Assembly (NCBI GenBank): GCA_965261395.1 | Contig: OZ253462.1 | Coordinates: 4,896,001 to 4,960,000 of the forward strand | Direction of reading: 5' to 3' | Length of the DNA stretch: 64,000 bases | Origin: Candidatus Latescibacterota bacterium | Lineage (GTDB): Bacteria; Latescibacterota; UBA2968; UBA8231 | Part shown: one piece after another, positions 40,273 through 50,779 of the stretch | How the letters are laid out: every line of letters starts with the position of its first letter | Numbering within the stretch: the stretch's first letter is position 1 | Position numbers and translations under genes: made by a program | The notes under the pieces: generated by a model | The model's input: the letters and a program-made list of their open reading frames with translations, nothing else | The model's database searches: none | What the model was told of the DNA's origin: nothing

Positions 40273-40299
40273 AGCCCCCCCCACGAGAGGTGCCCCTAC
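40273..40299 (-). repeat. Second REP-like copy (degenerate)
   Basis: Minus strand gtaggggcacctctcgtggg... matches the reconstructed 6987 element gtaggggcaccccttgtggg at 18 of 20 positions; lies just downstream of a stop codon. Confidence 0.6.
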
Positions 40300-40314
40300 A
40301 TCAACGAGGGGAGT

Positions 40315-40932
40315 TCACCCGCGCAGCACGGCTTGGTGGATCTGCTCAATGTCGATTACGCGGCAACCGAAGCGGCGGGCGAAATCCACTAGCTGCTGGC
40401 CTTTGGCCATTGCGCCGTCGGGAGCCATCACTTCGGACATCACCGCCGCCGGAAAAAGTTCGGCCTGACGGGCCAATTCCACCGCACCCTCGGTGTGCCC
40501 CTGGCGGCTCAGCAACCCTTCTGGGCGGGCGGCTAAGGGCAACACGTGCCCAGGGATGACGATATCGTCGGGGCCGGTATCCGGCTGGAGGGCGCGCCGG
40601 ATGGACGTGGCACGATCTTCAGCCGAGACGCCGGTCTCAATCCCCTCTAGCGCGTCAAACGGCAGGCCAAAGCGCGGAGTCGTCCAGTCGGCGTTGTGCG
40701 GCTCAATCAGGCCGACGCCGAGCCGCGCCAGATGTTCCTCGGTCGTGGCTAGGTGCAGCATGCCACGCGCCTCTTTGAGCATTTGATTGATCGCGGCACC
40801 CGAAACGTATTCCGCGGCCACGATCAGATCGCCTTCGTCTTCCCGCTCGCGCGCATCCACTAAGACTAGGAACTTACCAGCGCGGAAATCCGCAATCGCC
40901 TCCTCCAACCGACAGAACATCGAATCTCCCAC
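40315..40932 (-). CDS. ribB: 3,4-dihydroxy-2-butanone-4-phosphate synthase-like protein (divergent)
   Basis: VLVD...REDEGD, TGVSAEDR, PGHV.PL, R.GHTE, SE. Confidence 0.75.
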   Translation of the reverse strand: MGDSMFCRLEEAIADFRAGKFLVLVDAREREDEGDLIVAAEYVSGAAINQMLKEARGMLHLATTEEHLARLGVGLIEPHNADWTTPRFGLPFDALEGIETGVSAEDRATSIRRALQPDTGPDDIVIPGHVLPLAARPEGLLSRQGHTEGAVELARQAELFPAAVMSEVMAPDGAMAKGQQLVDFARRFGCRVIDIEQIHQAVLRG

Positions 40933-40934
40933 AG

Positions 40935-42056
40935 CTATTGCACCTGGTGCGCCATAAGCACCGCTTCGTCGAGTTCAATTCCCAAGCCGGGCGCGTCCGG
41001 CACCCGGATGTGGCCGTCTATTATGGTTTCTGCCGGCTGCACTAACTCGCCGCGCCAATCCACCTCGCCAAACGCGTATTCTAGCACCGTAAAGTTGGCA
41101 ACGGTCGCCGCCAAGTGTACCCCGGCCATCGTCGATACCGGGCCCGCCGGGCTGTGGGGCGCAATCGGCATCTGCGCCACCTCGGCCAGCGCGGCAATGC
41201 GGCGGCATTCGGTAATGCCGCCAGCGTGTTTGACATCCGGCATCAGCACATCCACTGCTCCTTGGGCGATGTAGGGCCAAAAGCCCTCGCGGCCGACGAG
41301 CGACTCTCCGCCGGCAATAGTCTGGCCCGAGTGCAGCCGCAACTGGCGCAGCGCATCGACTTGGTCGCGTGGCACCGGCTCCTCAAACCAGTAAAGATCG
41401 AGTGGACGCACTTTTTCGGCCATCTTAAAAGCCAACGCCAAGTCAAAGCGCTGATGGCAATCCACCAACAGCTCGATTTCGTTGCCAATGGCCTCCCGCG
41501 TCGCCACGAGCCGCGCGATTCCTTGGTCTGCATCGCGCTCGAGCCCACCGCGGTCCATCCGCCGCCAATGCACCTCGTCAAAGGGCGTGCTCTTGACGGC
41601 ACTAAAGCCGGCATCGACCGCTCGGCGCGCCGCATCGGCAAACCCCTGTGGACTGCGGTCGCGGGTGCCGCGATTGAGATTCGCGTATAATCGCACAGAA
41701 TCGCGCCGCTTGCCGCCCAGCAAGCGCCAAGCTGGCACCCCGAGCGCCTTGCTGGCTAAATCCCACAGCGCTTGGTCGATCGCGCTTCGCGCCGTGGCTC
41801 CGACGCGGCCGGTGTCGCCCGAGAAAATCGCCGACCCGCGCGCCATCTGTTCCCACAACACCTCTACTTGGGTCGGGTCCGCGCCCACCAACCGCGGCCC
41901 CAATTGCTCCAGCGCGGCCGCGACCAAGCCGTCGTTACCGCTCTGGCTCGCTTCGCCCAGCCCACTCAGCCCGGCGTCGGTGTGAACTTGCACGAAGATC
42001 CAATTGCCGCGATGCGATGCCGCTACCGAATGTAGTTCCAACCGAGTAATTTTCAC
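40935..42056 (-). CDS. Mandelate racemase/enolase-superfamily acid-sugar dehydratase (DgoD-like)
   Basis: TD.GL.GLGE, SAIDQALWD, K..P, VDCH, WFEEP, GE, GGITE, APH, LE; GTG start at 42056. Confidence 0.85.
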   Translation of the reverse strand: MKITRLELHSVAASHRGNWIFVQVHTDAGLSGLGEASQSGNDGLVAAALEQLGPRLVGADPTQVEVLWEQMARGSAIFSGDTGRVGATARSAIDQALWDLASKALGVPAWRLLGGKRRDSVRLYANLNRGTRDRSPQGFADAARRAVDAGFSAVKSTPFDEVHWRRMDRGGLERDADQGIARLVATREAIGNEIELLVDCHQRFDLALAFKMAEKVRPLDLYWFEEPVPRDQVDALRQLRLHSGQTIAGGESLVGREGFWPYIAQGAVDVLMPDVKHAGGITECRRIAALAEVAQMPIAPHSPAGPVSTMAGVHLAATVANFTVLEYAFGEVDWRGELVQPAETIIDGHIRVPDAPGLGIELDEAVLMAHQVQ

Positions 42057-42198
42057 ATGACCTCTCCAGCGTAAAACTGCTTCCTCAGAAAACATAAAGA
42101 AGAGACGGCCTAGCCGCTACGCGCAGGGGGGTTCACGCGGTTCAACTAAGTCGTTATTATGTTTTTAGTTCACGCCTTCTTTCCCCGGAGGTGAAAGC

Positions 42199-44448
42199 AT
42201 GGATCTGTTCGACGCCGGACTGCGGGATCGCCAAGCGGCGGACCAACCCCTAGCCGCTCGCCTGCGGCCGCGCACTTTAGACGAATACGTCGGCCAAGAC
42301 CACATTCTCGGGCCGGGCCGCTTGCTGCGGCGCGCCATTGAGGCGGATCAACTCTCCTCGCTGATTTTCTACGGCCCGCCCGGCACGGGCAAAACCACGC
42401 TAGCCGCGGTCATCGCCCACACCACCCGCGCCCATTTTATTTCCATTAATGCCGTCTTGGCCGGGGTCGCCGACATTCGCCAAGCCGTCGATGAGGCCGG
42501 CCAATTGAGCAAGCTGCACAGCCGCAAAACCATCCTCTTCATCGACGAGGTCCACCGCTTCAACAAGGCCCAACAAGACGCGCTCCTACCCTGGGTCGAA
42601 AATGGCACCATCATCCTCATCGGCGCGACCACCGAGAATCCCTATTTCTCGGTCAACCGCCCCCTGCTTTCGCGCAGCCGGGTCTTTCAGCTACAGGGCC
42701 TTAGCTCCGCAGCTCTCGCGCGCATCGCCCAACAGGCACTCACCGACTCGCGCGGCTACGGCCATCTCTGCGTCGCCCTGCACCCCGACGCCCTCGCACA
42801 CCTGATCGACGTGGCCAACGGCGACGCCCGCGCCTTGCTCAACGCCTTGGAGCTAGCGGTCGAAACCACCGATCCAGACACCCAAGGGCAGATCGACATC
42901 GACCTCGCGGTGGCCGAGGAGTCCATCCAGCGTCGTGCCCTGCTCTACGACAAGGAGGGCGACTACCACTTCGACGCCATCAGCGCTTTTATCAAATCCA
43001 TGCGCGGCTCGGACCCAGACGCCACCCTCTACTGGCTGGCGCGGATGGTGTACGCCGGCGAAGACCCGCGCTTCCTCTTCCGCCGCATGCTCATCTTCGC
43101 CAGCGAGGACATCGGCCTCGCCGACGAGCACGCCCTCCAGGTCGTTATATCCGCGGCTGAATCCTTCGACCGCATCGGCCTGCCCGAGGGGCGCTTTCCA
43201 CTGGCCCATGCCGCCTTGTATTTGGCCACCGCGCCCAAGAGCAACTCGACTATGGCCTTCTTCGACGCGCTGGCGGCCGTGGAAAAAGAGCGCGAAGGCG
43301 AGGTGCCCACCCACCTCAAAGACGCCAGCCGCGACAGTGAGGGCTTTGGCCACGGTGCCGGCTATCTCTACCCCCACGCCTACCGCGAGCACTGGGTTGC
43401 CCAGCAGTACCTGCCCGCCGGTCTGCAGGGCCGCATCTTCTACCAGCCCTCGGACCAAGGCCGAGAAAAAGAAGCTGGCGATCGCGTCCGCCAACGTCGC
43501 GAGCTACAGCTCGCCGCCATGTTAGAAGCAGAGTCCGCCCCAGCCGAGATATTGTCCCTGTCCCCGGCTGACCAAGCGCGCGATCAATGGCTCAAGCGCG
43601 CCAGCGGCGACGTTGGCACCCAACTAGAGCGCACTCGCCAACGCCTCTTCGCCCCGCTCACGCTCGCGCACCACCACCTCATCCTCGACTTGGAGGCCGG
43701 CACGGGCCTGCTCACTTGGGAAGCCCTGCGGCGCGTGCCCGAAGGCGGCGTCTGGGCGCACACCAGCGACAAGATCGCGGCCGTGGCCCTGCACGAAACC
43801 GCCGCCCACCTAGCCGAGATCGAGCGGCCCCAAGTGCTGCAAGGCCCGTTCGCCACTCTCGCCGACCAGCTCGCCGCCTGCGCTCCCGATATTCTCTTTG
43901 ACGCCATCGTCGGGCGCAACGCCCTCGGCGCGCTAGCACAAAAGGCCGAAGTCGTCGCGGCCCTGCATCGCCACCTCGCCCCACAGGGTCGCGTCAGCTT
44001 GGTCGAGACCCTCTCGCGCCGGTCGCAACGCCTGTACCAGCTACTCGACTTGCAGCAGCTCGGCGACCTAGCCGAGCGACTCGTCGCCGCCGAAGAGGCC
44101 ATCTACGCCGTGCCCGACAACCCGCGAGTAAACTGGGATGCCGCAGATCTCGAACAGATGTTCGCGGCTGCGGGCTTTGGCGCGGTGCAGGTGCGGGTGG
44201 AAGCGGTCCAGTCGCAGCGGCACATCGAACCACGCCATCTCGGGCACTGGTTCAATCCCGGCGGCGAGAAACGGCACACGTACGCCCACCATCTGACCCA
44301 GCATCTCGACGACGGCGAACTGCAGCAGGTGCGCAAGCTCTTCGAGCGGAGCTTAGCCAACCGCTCAGTGACTTGGACGACGCCTCAGGTATTTATCATA
44401 GCGGAAGGGCAGCAAGGGATTGATGAGGGTGTAGCGCCTAAGAATTGA
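42199..44448 (+). CDS. rarA: Replication-associated recombination protein RarA with C-terminal SAM-methyltransferase-like domain
   Basis: [49 protein letters not shown], followed by LDLEAGTG...FDAIVGRN...LAPQG. Confidence 0.88.
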   Translation: MDLFDAGLRDRQAADQPLAARLRPRTLDEYVGQDHILGPGRLLRRAIEADQLSSLIFYGPPGTGKTTLAAVIAHTTRAHFISINAVLAGVADIRQAVDEAGQLSKLHSRKTILFIDEVHRFNKAQQDALLPWVENGTIILIGATTENPYFSVNRPLLSRSRVFQLQGLSSAALARIAQQALTDSRGYGHLCVALHPDALAHLIDVANGDARALLNALELAVETTDPDTQGQIDIDLAVAEESIQRRALLYDKEGDYHFDAISAFIKSMRGSDPDATLYWLARMVYAGEDPRFLFRRMLIFASEDIGLADEHALQVVISAAESFDRIGLPEGRFPLAHAALYLATAPKSNSTMAFFDALAAVEKEREGEVPTHLKDASRDSEGFGHGAGYLYPHAYREHWVAQQYLPAGLQGRIFYQPSDQGREKEAGDRVRQRRELQLAAMLEAESAPAEILSLSPADQARDQWLKRASGDVGTQLERTRQRLFAPLTLAHHHLILDLEAGTGLLTWEALRRVPEGGVWAHTSDKIAAVALHETAAHLAEIERPQVLQGPFATLADQLAACAPDILFDAIVGRNALGALAQKAEVVAALHRHLAPQGRVSLVETLSRRSQRLYQLLDLQQLGDLAERLVAAEEAIYAVPDNPRVNWDAADLEQMFAAAGFGAVQVRVEAVQSQRHIEPRHLGHWFNPGGEKRHTYAHHLTQHLDDGELQQVRKLFERSLANRSVTWTTPQVFIIAEGQQGIDEGVAPKN

Positions 44449-44508
44449 TTTATGGCGTCTCACGGCTTACCTTATCCGCATTCCGCCACCTCTAACCCGC
44501 CGAATACC

Positions 44509-45723
44509 ATGATTGCCAAACGCCTAACCTGCCTGCTTCTATTGGGCCTCAGCGCCTGCAGCACCACCGAAGAGCAGGTCGTCGAACTTCTAGAACAGAT
44601 GGCTGCCAACCCGGTGGATTCGCCCGCCTATCAGCAATCCATCGACGAGTTGGCTGCCATTGGCCGTCCAGCTGCCCGCCAGCTCATCGCCCGCCTCAAC
44701 CCCGATCTGTACCTCGGCGAGAACTACCGCGAGTTCCGCGACGAACAGGAAAAGCTCCGCATCGGCTGCGCCCTAGCGTTGGGCCACATCAAGCCGCGCG
44801 GGGCCACGGCCGCGCTCAAGGATCGGATCACCATCGCTTACACCGACCGCGAGCGCATCGCCTGCCTGTGGGCCATGGGCCAAGTCGGCTACGTCCAAGA
44901 GGGCGTGGATGCGGCCAAAGTCCAGCTCGACGATCCCGATCCCATCATCCGCATTCACGCGGCCATTGCCCTGCTCAAGATGGACGACGAGCTCGGCACC
45001 AGCGAAATCGAAGCGGCCCTAGCTAGCAGCGACCCGAAGTTGGCCCAAACCGCCCTGCAAGGGCTAGAGGAATCCGGCTACTTCGGCGTCCCGCTGCTCG
45101 TGGAACTGAGCGACCGCGCCGGTCCTCACCAAGCCGCGCTGCGCTCGGTGATAGCCAAGGTCAAAGACCAGCTCATCGCCCAGCTAGAGGCTGAAGAGCC
45201 AGTCCACCGCCAGCGCGCCGCGCAAGCCCTCGGCTACATCGGTGACGAGAGTGCGGCCGCCGCCCTAGCCGATCTGCTGGCGGACCCGAGCAATCAAGTG
45301 CGCTTCAGCACGGCCGCCGCCCTAGCCACCATGGGACGCAGTGAAGGCATTGAGTTCCTCTTTGAGGCCCTGCGCAACACTGACTCCATCCTCCGCGCCA
45401 ATGCCGTCAAGTTCCTCATCAACGTTCAGCGGCAATCCGGCGCGGTCGAATCGCAACTTATCGCTGCTCTCAACGCCGAGGATCCGCTCGCCCGCGCGGG
45501 CGCGGCCCAAGTCTTGGGCCAAGCGCGCGTGCAGTCTGCCCTCAGCGCCCTGCTAGCCGCCACCATGGACGAGGTCGCCGATGTGCGTGCCAATGCGGCC
45601 ATTGCCCTCGGCCAAATCGGCGGTTCCCAAAGTCGTGCCCAGCTCGAAAAATTGCGCCACGACAGCGACGCCACCGTCTCCTACTACGCCGAGTGGGCCT
45701 TAGGTCAGCTCGGATCGAGTTGA
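44509..45723 (+). CDS. HEAT-repeat lipoprotein
   Basis: LSAC lipobox after ATG 44509; repeated D....VR..AA.ALG motifs. Confidence 0.82.
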   Translation: MIAKRLTCLLLLGLSACSTTEEQVVELLEQMAANPVDSPAYQQSIDELAAIGRPAARQLIARLNPDLYLGENYREFRDEQEKLRIGCALALGHIKPRGATAALKDRITIAYTDRERIACLWAMGQVGYVQEGVDAAKVQLDDPDPIIRIHAAIALLKMDDELGTSEIEAALASSDPKLAQTALQGLEESGYFGVPLLVELSDRAGPHQAALRSVIAKVKDQLIAQLEAEEPVHRQRAAQALGYIGDESAAAALADLLADPSNQVRFSTAAALATMGRSEGIEFLFEALRNTDSILRANAVKFLINVQRQSGAVESQLIAALNAEDPLARAGAAQVLGQARVQSALSALLAATMDEVADVRANAAIALGQIGGSQSRAQLEKLRHDSDATVSYYAEWALGQLGSS

Positions 45724-45743
45724 CCCTAACCCCCTCTCGCGCT

Positions 45744-46652
45744 ATGCAAAATGTCATTTGCCTGTTGTTCATCCTCTTGGCCCTGCCGCCGTTTGTCGCT
45801 CCTAGCCGCGCCGGCGAAACGCCCGAGACTATCCTCATCCGCCGAGCCCTCGCCAGCGACATCGCCGGGCATCGGCGAGCCGATACCGAGCTGGCCCTCA
45901 AGGCGTACCACCCGCACTTCGTCGCCTATCAGGGCCACGCCAACGGCGACCCTCGCGCTTGGACGGTCCTGCACGAAAACCGCGATGCATTCGCCGACCA
46001 GCTAGCTGCGGATCTCAGCGCCCAGCGCTACGAGGTTGCGCGCACGGTTCCCTTTATCGCGGTGCGCGCAACCCACGCCATTGCCACCAGTGTGGACTCC
46101 GGGCGCGTCGTCGATCGCCAGACTAGCGAGGCCGAGCTGGTTGTCGTCCACCGCTTCTGGACTTTTCTCAAGGAAGAAGATGACTGGCTGGCCACGGCCA
46201 TGGTCGCGGATTTGGGCGACACGCTCTTGCCCGCGGCCGGCGCGACCGCCAACGACGAGATCGCCGAGCTGTTGCAGAGCGAAAGCCAAGCGTGGGAAGC
46301 AGGTAGCGGTATCCCCGGCTTCTTCGACGCAGACTTTACGGGCTACGACGCCTTGGGTGCTTTCAAGCCGGCCTCCTATAAAATCGCCTTCAGCGGCAGC
46401 GAGGAACTGGAAAAGTGGCTCGATAAGCGGCTGCCCTACGTGCAGTACGACCTCGACCGCAAAGTCCTCCACACGGCCATAGGCCCTGCCGGCGACGAAG
46501 CATTGGCCGTCACGCGCGAAAAAGTGGCCGTCGAACACGTCAAAGGGCCAGCCAAACACCACCAAGAACGCTACGTGTTCTGGACGCTGAGCCGCCGCTC
46601 CGGCTCTTGGAAGATCACCAACATGGTCTTCAACTTGGGGCTTTCCGACTAG
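45744..46652 (+). CDS. Secreted protein with two NTF2/SnoaL-like domains
   Basis: Signal peptide; two halves ending FWTF.KE.DDW and FWTL.R..GSWKI. Confidence 0.6.
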   Translation: MQNVICLLFILLALPPFVAPSRAGETPETILIRRALASDIAGHRRADTELALKAYHPHFVAYQGHANGDPRAWTVLHENRDAFADQLAADLSAQRYEVARTVPFIAVRATHAIATSVDSGRVVDRQTSEAELVVVHRFWTFLKEEDDWLATAMVADLGDTLLPAAGATANDEIAELLQSESQAWEAGSGIPGFFDADFTGYDALGAFKPASYKIAFSGSEELEKWLDKRLPYVQYDLDRKVLHTAIGPAGDEALAVTREKVAVEHVKGPAKHHQERYVFWTLSRRSGSWKITNMVFNLGLSD

Positions 46653-46675
46653 CGTAGCGCGCGAGCGCAATTCTG

Positions 46676-48550
46676 ATGGAAAAACTGGTCTGGCTCCTGC
46701 TCTTTACCATCGGGTACTGGTCTTACTGCATCTTCTGGGGCATCAAAGGCGCTCGCCGGGCTAAGACGGCTTCGGATTACTTTATCGCCGGCCGCGGTAT
46801 CGGCCTATGGGTCTTTGTGCTGGCCGCCACCGCTACCTCCTTTAGCGGCTGGACCTTTGTCGGCCACCCCGGCACCATCTACAATGTCGGCTTGCCCTAC
46901 GCCTTTGCCTCCTTCTACGCCATCACCATCCCCTTTACCGGAGTGTTGTTCCTCAAGCGACAGTGGCTTTTGGGCCGGCGCTTCGGCTACATCACCCCGG
47001 GCGAGATGTTCAGTGACTACTATCGCACAGATGCGATGCGCTTCCTCACCGTTATCGTCGCCTTGGTCTTCAGCGTGCCCTATCTCGGCCTCCAGCTCAA
47101 GGCATCGGGCCTACTTTTCAACCGCCTGACGACCGGCACTCCGCTGGAGGGCAGCTTCATCGGCTCGGTCGAGGGTGGGGCGATTGTGCTCTCGGTCATC
47201 GTCTTTATCTACGTGGCATCCGGCGGGTTGCGCTCGGTCGCCTACGTGGACTGCGCCCAGTGCATTCTCCTCGCTTTCGGCATCGTCGTCCTCGGCTTTA
47301 TTGCCCTCGACTTAGTCGGCGGCTGGACGGCCTTTAAGGGAGGGTTGGCCACCCTCGCCCAGCAAAAACCCGATATGGTCGCCATTCCGACCCGACCGGA
47401 GTCAGACTCCTTCCTCGAACGGGTCGGCACCATGTTTTTCGATACCCAAGGCGGCCCTTGGACCGGCCTGATGATCCTGACCTATATGTTCGCCTTAATG
47501 GGCATCCAATCGTCACCGGCCTTTTCGATGTGGGCCTTTGCCAATCGCGATCCTCGGCCTTTTCCCTGGCAACAGGTTTTCGCCTCTTCACTGATCATCG
47601 GCGGCATCCTGTTCTTTTTTACCGCTTTCCAAGGCTTAGGCGTCCGGCTCCTCGATATGGAACTGGTCCCGGGGACTAAACCCCTCGGCCTGCCGGCATC
47701 CGATCACTTGGTTCCCTACCTGATCGACACCTTAGCCGACAGCTTCCCCTTCCTCTTGGGGCTTTTGGCCGTTTGCGCGCTAGCCGCGATGCAATCAACC
47801 GGCGCCGCCTATATGTCCACCGCCAGCGGCATTATCACCCGTGATCTCTACCGCCATTTCTTCAACAAAGAGGCATCGCATTCGGCTCAGGTCTTTGTCG
47901 GCCGCTTGAGCGTGGCCATCGTCGTCAGCCTAGCCCTGCTAGTCGGCCTAGCCTCCGGCGACCTGCTCGTCTTGCTGGGGGGGTTGGCCGTTTCGTATGG
48001 CTTCCAGATGTGGCCGGCGCTGCTGGGTATCTGCTATATCCGCTTCTTCACCCCCAAGGGCATTGTCGCCGGTCTCATCGCCGGCCTCATCGCCGTTACC
48101 TTCACCTATATAACTGAGTTGGGCGGGCTTATCGGCATTGGCCGCTATCCGCTCACACTCCACAGCGCCGGTTGGGGCATCCTCTTTAATATGGGTATTG
48201 TCGTTGTTGTCAGTTTTTTCACCCAGCCCAAAGAAACCAGCCATCTGACCCACCGCGATCGCTACCACCACTTCCTCAAAGAGTACACTGCCCTGCCCGA
48301 GGCCAAAAAGAAATGGAAAACGCCGGTCTGGATTCTGACGGTAGTTTGGTTCCTCTGTGCCATCGGCCCCTTTGCGGTCCTCGGCAATCAGACCGATCCC
48401 GCCCATTGGCCCTTGGGCATCCCCTCGCTGTGGGTATGGCAAATCGCTTGGTGGATCATCGGCTGTTTTATGATGTATTTGCTGGCCTTTAAGCTGGAAA
48501 TGTCCACCGTCCCCACCCGCGAGGTCGAATCTCCGCCGCAAGAAGTCTAA
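46676..48550 (+). CDS. Sodium:solute symporter family protein
   Basis: DYFIAGR, ATSFSGWTFVG, Y...GG.RSVAYVD, AAMQST; many TM helices. Confidence 0.92.
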   Translation: MEKLVWLLLFTIGYWSYCIFWGIKGARRAKTASDYFIAGRGIGLWVFVLAATATSFSGWTFVGHPGTIYNVGLPYAFASFYAITIPFTGVLFLKRQWLLGRRFGYITPGEMFSDYYRTDAMRFLTVIVALVFSVPYLGLQLKASGLLFNRLTTGTPLEGSFIGSVEGGAIVLSVIVFIYVASGGLRSVAYVDCAQCILLAFGIVVLGFIALDLVGGWTAFKGGLATLAQQKPDMVAIPTRPESDSFLERVGTMFFDTQGGPWTGLMILTYMFALMGIQSSPAFSMWAFANRDPRPFPWQQVFASSLIIGGILFFFTAFQGLGVRLLDMELVPGTKPLGLPASDHLVPYLIDTLADSFPFLLGLLAVCALAAMQSTGAAYMSTASGIITRDLYRHFFNKEASHSAQVFVGRLSVAIVVSLALLVGLASGDLLVLLGGLAVSYGFQMWPALLGICYIRFFTPKGIVAGLIAGLIAVTFTYITELGGLIGIGRYPLTLHSAGWGILFNMGIVVVVSFFTQPKETSHLTHRDRYHHFLKEYTALPEAKKKWKTPVWILTVVWFLCAIGPFAVLGNQTDPAHWPLGIPSLWVWQIAWWIIGCFMMYLLAFKLEMSTVPTREVESPPQEV

Positions 48551-48551
48551 G

Positions 48552-50246
48552 GTGCGCTCCGCTTTTCCCTTTCTCCGCCTGCTGCTAGCGCTCGGCGCAG
48601 CTCTGCTCGGCGCACTGCTCCTGCCTGATCAAGGCGCAACGAGCGGACTGAGCCTCTTTCCGCCCGCCACGGCCATCCTCGTCGCCGTCGCCACCGGCCG
48701 CCTGATCTTGGGACTAGGGTTGGCAATCGTCGGCGGGGCGTTCATTTCTCTGCCGGCAGACGTCCCACTCTACGCGATCCCGTTCCGCGGCTTAGAGCGT
48801 GCCCTCATAGATTTTGTCTGGGCCCCGCTACGCGACTCCTTCCAGCTCTTCATCCTCGGCTTCATCGCCTCACTCATCGGCATGGTGCGCGTCATCTCGC
48901 TGGCCGGCGGCACTCGTGGCATCGCCGACCTGTTAGTCGCCCGAGCCGCGGGTGCGCGCTCGGCCCGGTTGGCCACCGCGCTGTTGGGGCTGGCAGTCTT
49001 TTTCGACGATTACGCCAACACGCTCGTCGTCGGCACCACCATGCGCCCTATCGCCGATCGCTTCCGCATCTCGCGCGAAAAGCTGGCCTTTCTCGTCGAT
49101 TCCACCGCCGCTCCTGTGGCTGGCATCGCCCTCGTCAGTACCTGGATCGGCTTTGAGGTGGGGCTCTTCGACAGCGCGATGGAGCAAGTCGGCGCTGGTA
49201 TTTCCGGCTACGAGTTGTTCTTCCGCGCCCTGCCGGCCCGCTTCTACTGCCTGCTAACCCTAGCCTTCGTGCTGTGTTCCACCGTCGCCGGCCGCGATTT
49301 TGGCCCCATGCTCAAAGCCGAGCAACGCGCCCAGCGAACGGGCCAAGTCCTCGCGCCAGGCCACCGCCCGATGACCGGCGACGCCTCCCAACTCCCCGAG
49401 CACCCCGGCCTCCGCGCCCATTGGGCCGTGGCCGTAGGTCCCGTCTTCCTCGTGGTCGCGGGCGTACTCGGGGGGATGCATCTAGACGCCAGCCAAGCAC
49501 CGGCCGTGGTGGCCGCCCGCGCCGAACACGGCTTTTTCGGACGGCTCTACTGGACCCAGGTTTTCGCCAACGCCGACGGAGCCAAAGTGATGTTCCTATC
49601 GGCCTTAGCCGGCTCGGCTCTCGCGGCAGTCTTGGCCCTAACCCGCCGCGAGGAAGCAAGCCCTAGACGCCCGCTCGGCCTAGTGGAGGTCTGCAAAACC
49701 TGGGCGAGCGGCATTACGGGCTTTTCCTATGCTCTAGTGATATTGATCTTGGCTTGGGCGATCAAAGAGACCTGCGAGGCCGTCGAGACTTCGGCCTATA
49801 TCGTCGGGGCGCTCTCCGGCTTTCTCGACCCACACTTCCTCCCCCTCCTCGTCTTCCTACTTGCCGCGGTGGTCGCCTTCTCCATCGGCACCTCGTGGAC
49901 GACCATGGCCGTACTCTTGCCGACCATAATCCCAGTAGCCTACGACTTGGGCGGCATAGAGCTGACGGTCCTCGTCGCCGCCGCCGTGTTGGACGGCGCG
50001 ATCTTCGGCGACCATTGCTCCCCCATCAGCGACACCACCGTCCTCTCCAGCATTGCTGCCGCCTGCGACCACTTAGCCCACGTCCGCACCCAGATACCCT
50101 ACGCCCTGACGACAATGACGATCGCCGGGCTTTGCGGCTACTTGGGCAGCACCTTGCTGTGGTCTCCGACCACCGGCCTGGCCGTGGGGCTATGCCTGAT
50201 TGTCGCAGTGATCTTTGTAGTGGGAAGAAAAACAGACGCCGATTGA
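48552..50246 (+). CDS. Na+/H+ antiporter NhaC family protein
   Basis: FFDDYAN, ISREKLA.LVDSTAAP, GTSW.T, GA.FGDHCSPISDTT.LSS, HV.TQ.PYA. Confidence 0.9.
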   Translation: MRSAFPFLRLLLALGAALLGALLLPDQGATSGLSLFPPATAILVAVATGRLILGLGLAIVGGAFISLPADVPLYAIPFRGLERALIDFVWAPLRDSFQLFILGFIASLIGMVRVISLAGGTRGIADLLVARAAGARSARLATALLGLAVFFDDYANTLVVGTTMRPIADRFRISREKLAFLVDSTAAPVAGIALVSTWIGFEVGLFDSAMEQVGAGISGYELFFRALPARFYCLLTLAFVLCSTVAGRDFGPMLKAEQRAQRTGQVLAPGHRPMTGDASQLPEHPGLRAHWAVAVGPVFLVVAGVLGGMHLDASQAPAVVAARAEHGFFGRLYWTQVFANADGAKVMFLSALAGSALAAVLALTRREEASPRRPLGLVEVCKTWASGITGFSYALVILILAWAIKETCEAVETSAYIVGALSGFLDPHFLPLLVFLLAAVVAFSIGTSWTTMAVLLPTIIPVAYDLGGIELTVLVAAAVLDGAIFGDHCSPISDTTVLSSIAAACDHLAHVRTQIPYALTTMTIAGLCGYLGSTLLWSPTTGLAVGLCLIVAVIFVVGRKTDAD

Positions 50247-50278
50247 CTTTGTCGTGAGATTTGCCGCTAAGGGACTGA

Positions 50279-50779
50279 CTACCACCCCGCCGTCGTCCGA
50301 TCTACCAATTCCTCTAACACCATGTCCAACGCCCGCTCCACTGCCGGATCCCGCCCATCCTCCTCGGCCAACGCTGCATCATACGTCCCCCAACCCTCTA
50401 GCTCGGCCAACGTCAACAACACCTCCCCATCCTCTACCCTCACCAGTTCGGCCGCTACCAAGACCGCAAACCGGTACTGCTCGGTCTGCTCGGCCGTCGT
50501 ATAAGTAAAGGGGCGGTCCTCAATCGAGATCACATTGAGTTGCAAGAGGGCATCGGCGCTCTCTTCGTCAACCACTCGCAACTGGCCGTCCTCGGCGTAG
50601 GCATCAATGGCGCGTTCAGTTAGACTCTCGGCCACGGCAAACTCCGAGGTTTGGTTGTCGGCCACGGGTATGCCAATGCTGCGGATGCCGCCTAGTAGGC
50701 CGCCGGAAGTCGAGTAATAAGCGCATCCTCCGATGCAGAGCGCGGCCAGCGCGGCTCTAATCGGCTGGCTTATTCGCAT
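50279..50779 (-). CDS. LptE-family lipoprotein
   Basis: Signal MRISQPIRAALAALCIGGC; I.SI.IP...N.T.EF, ADA.L, ending ..DRT...W. Start taken at the last in-frame ATG of the repeat. Confidence 0.7.
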   Translation of the reverse strand: MRISQPIRAALAALCIGGCAYYSTSGGLLGGIRSIGIPVADNQTSEFAVAESLTERAIDAYAEDGQLRVVDEESADALLQLNVISIEDRPFTYTTAEQTEQYRFAVLVAAELVRVEDGEVLLTLAELEGWGTYDAALAEEDGRDPAVERALDMVLEELVDRTTAGW

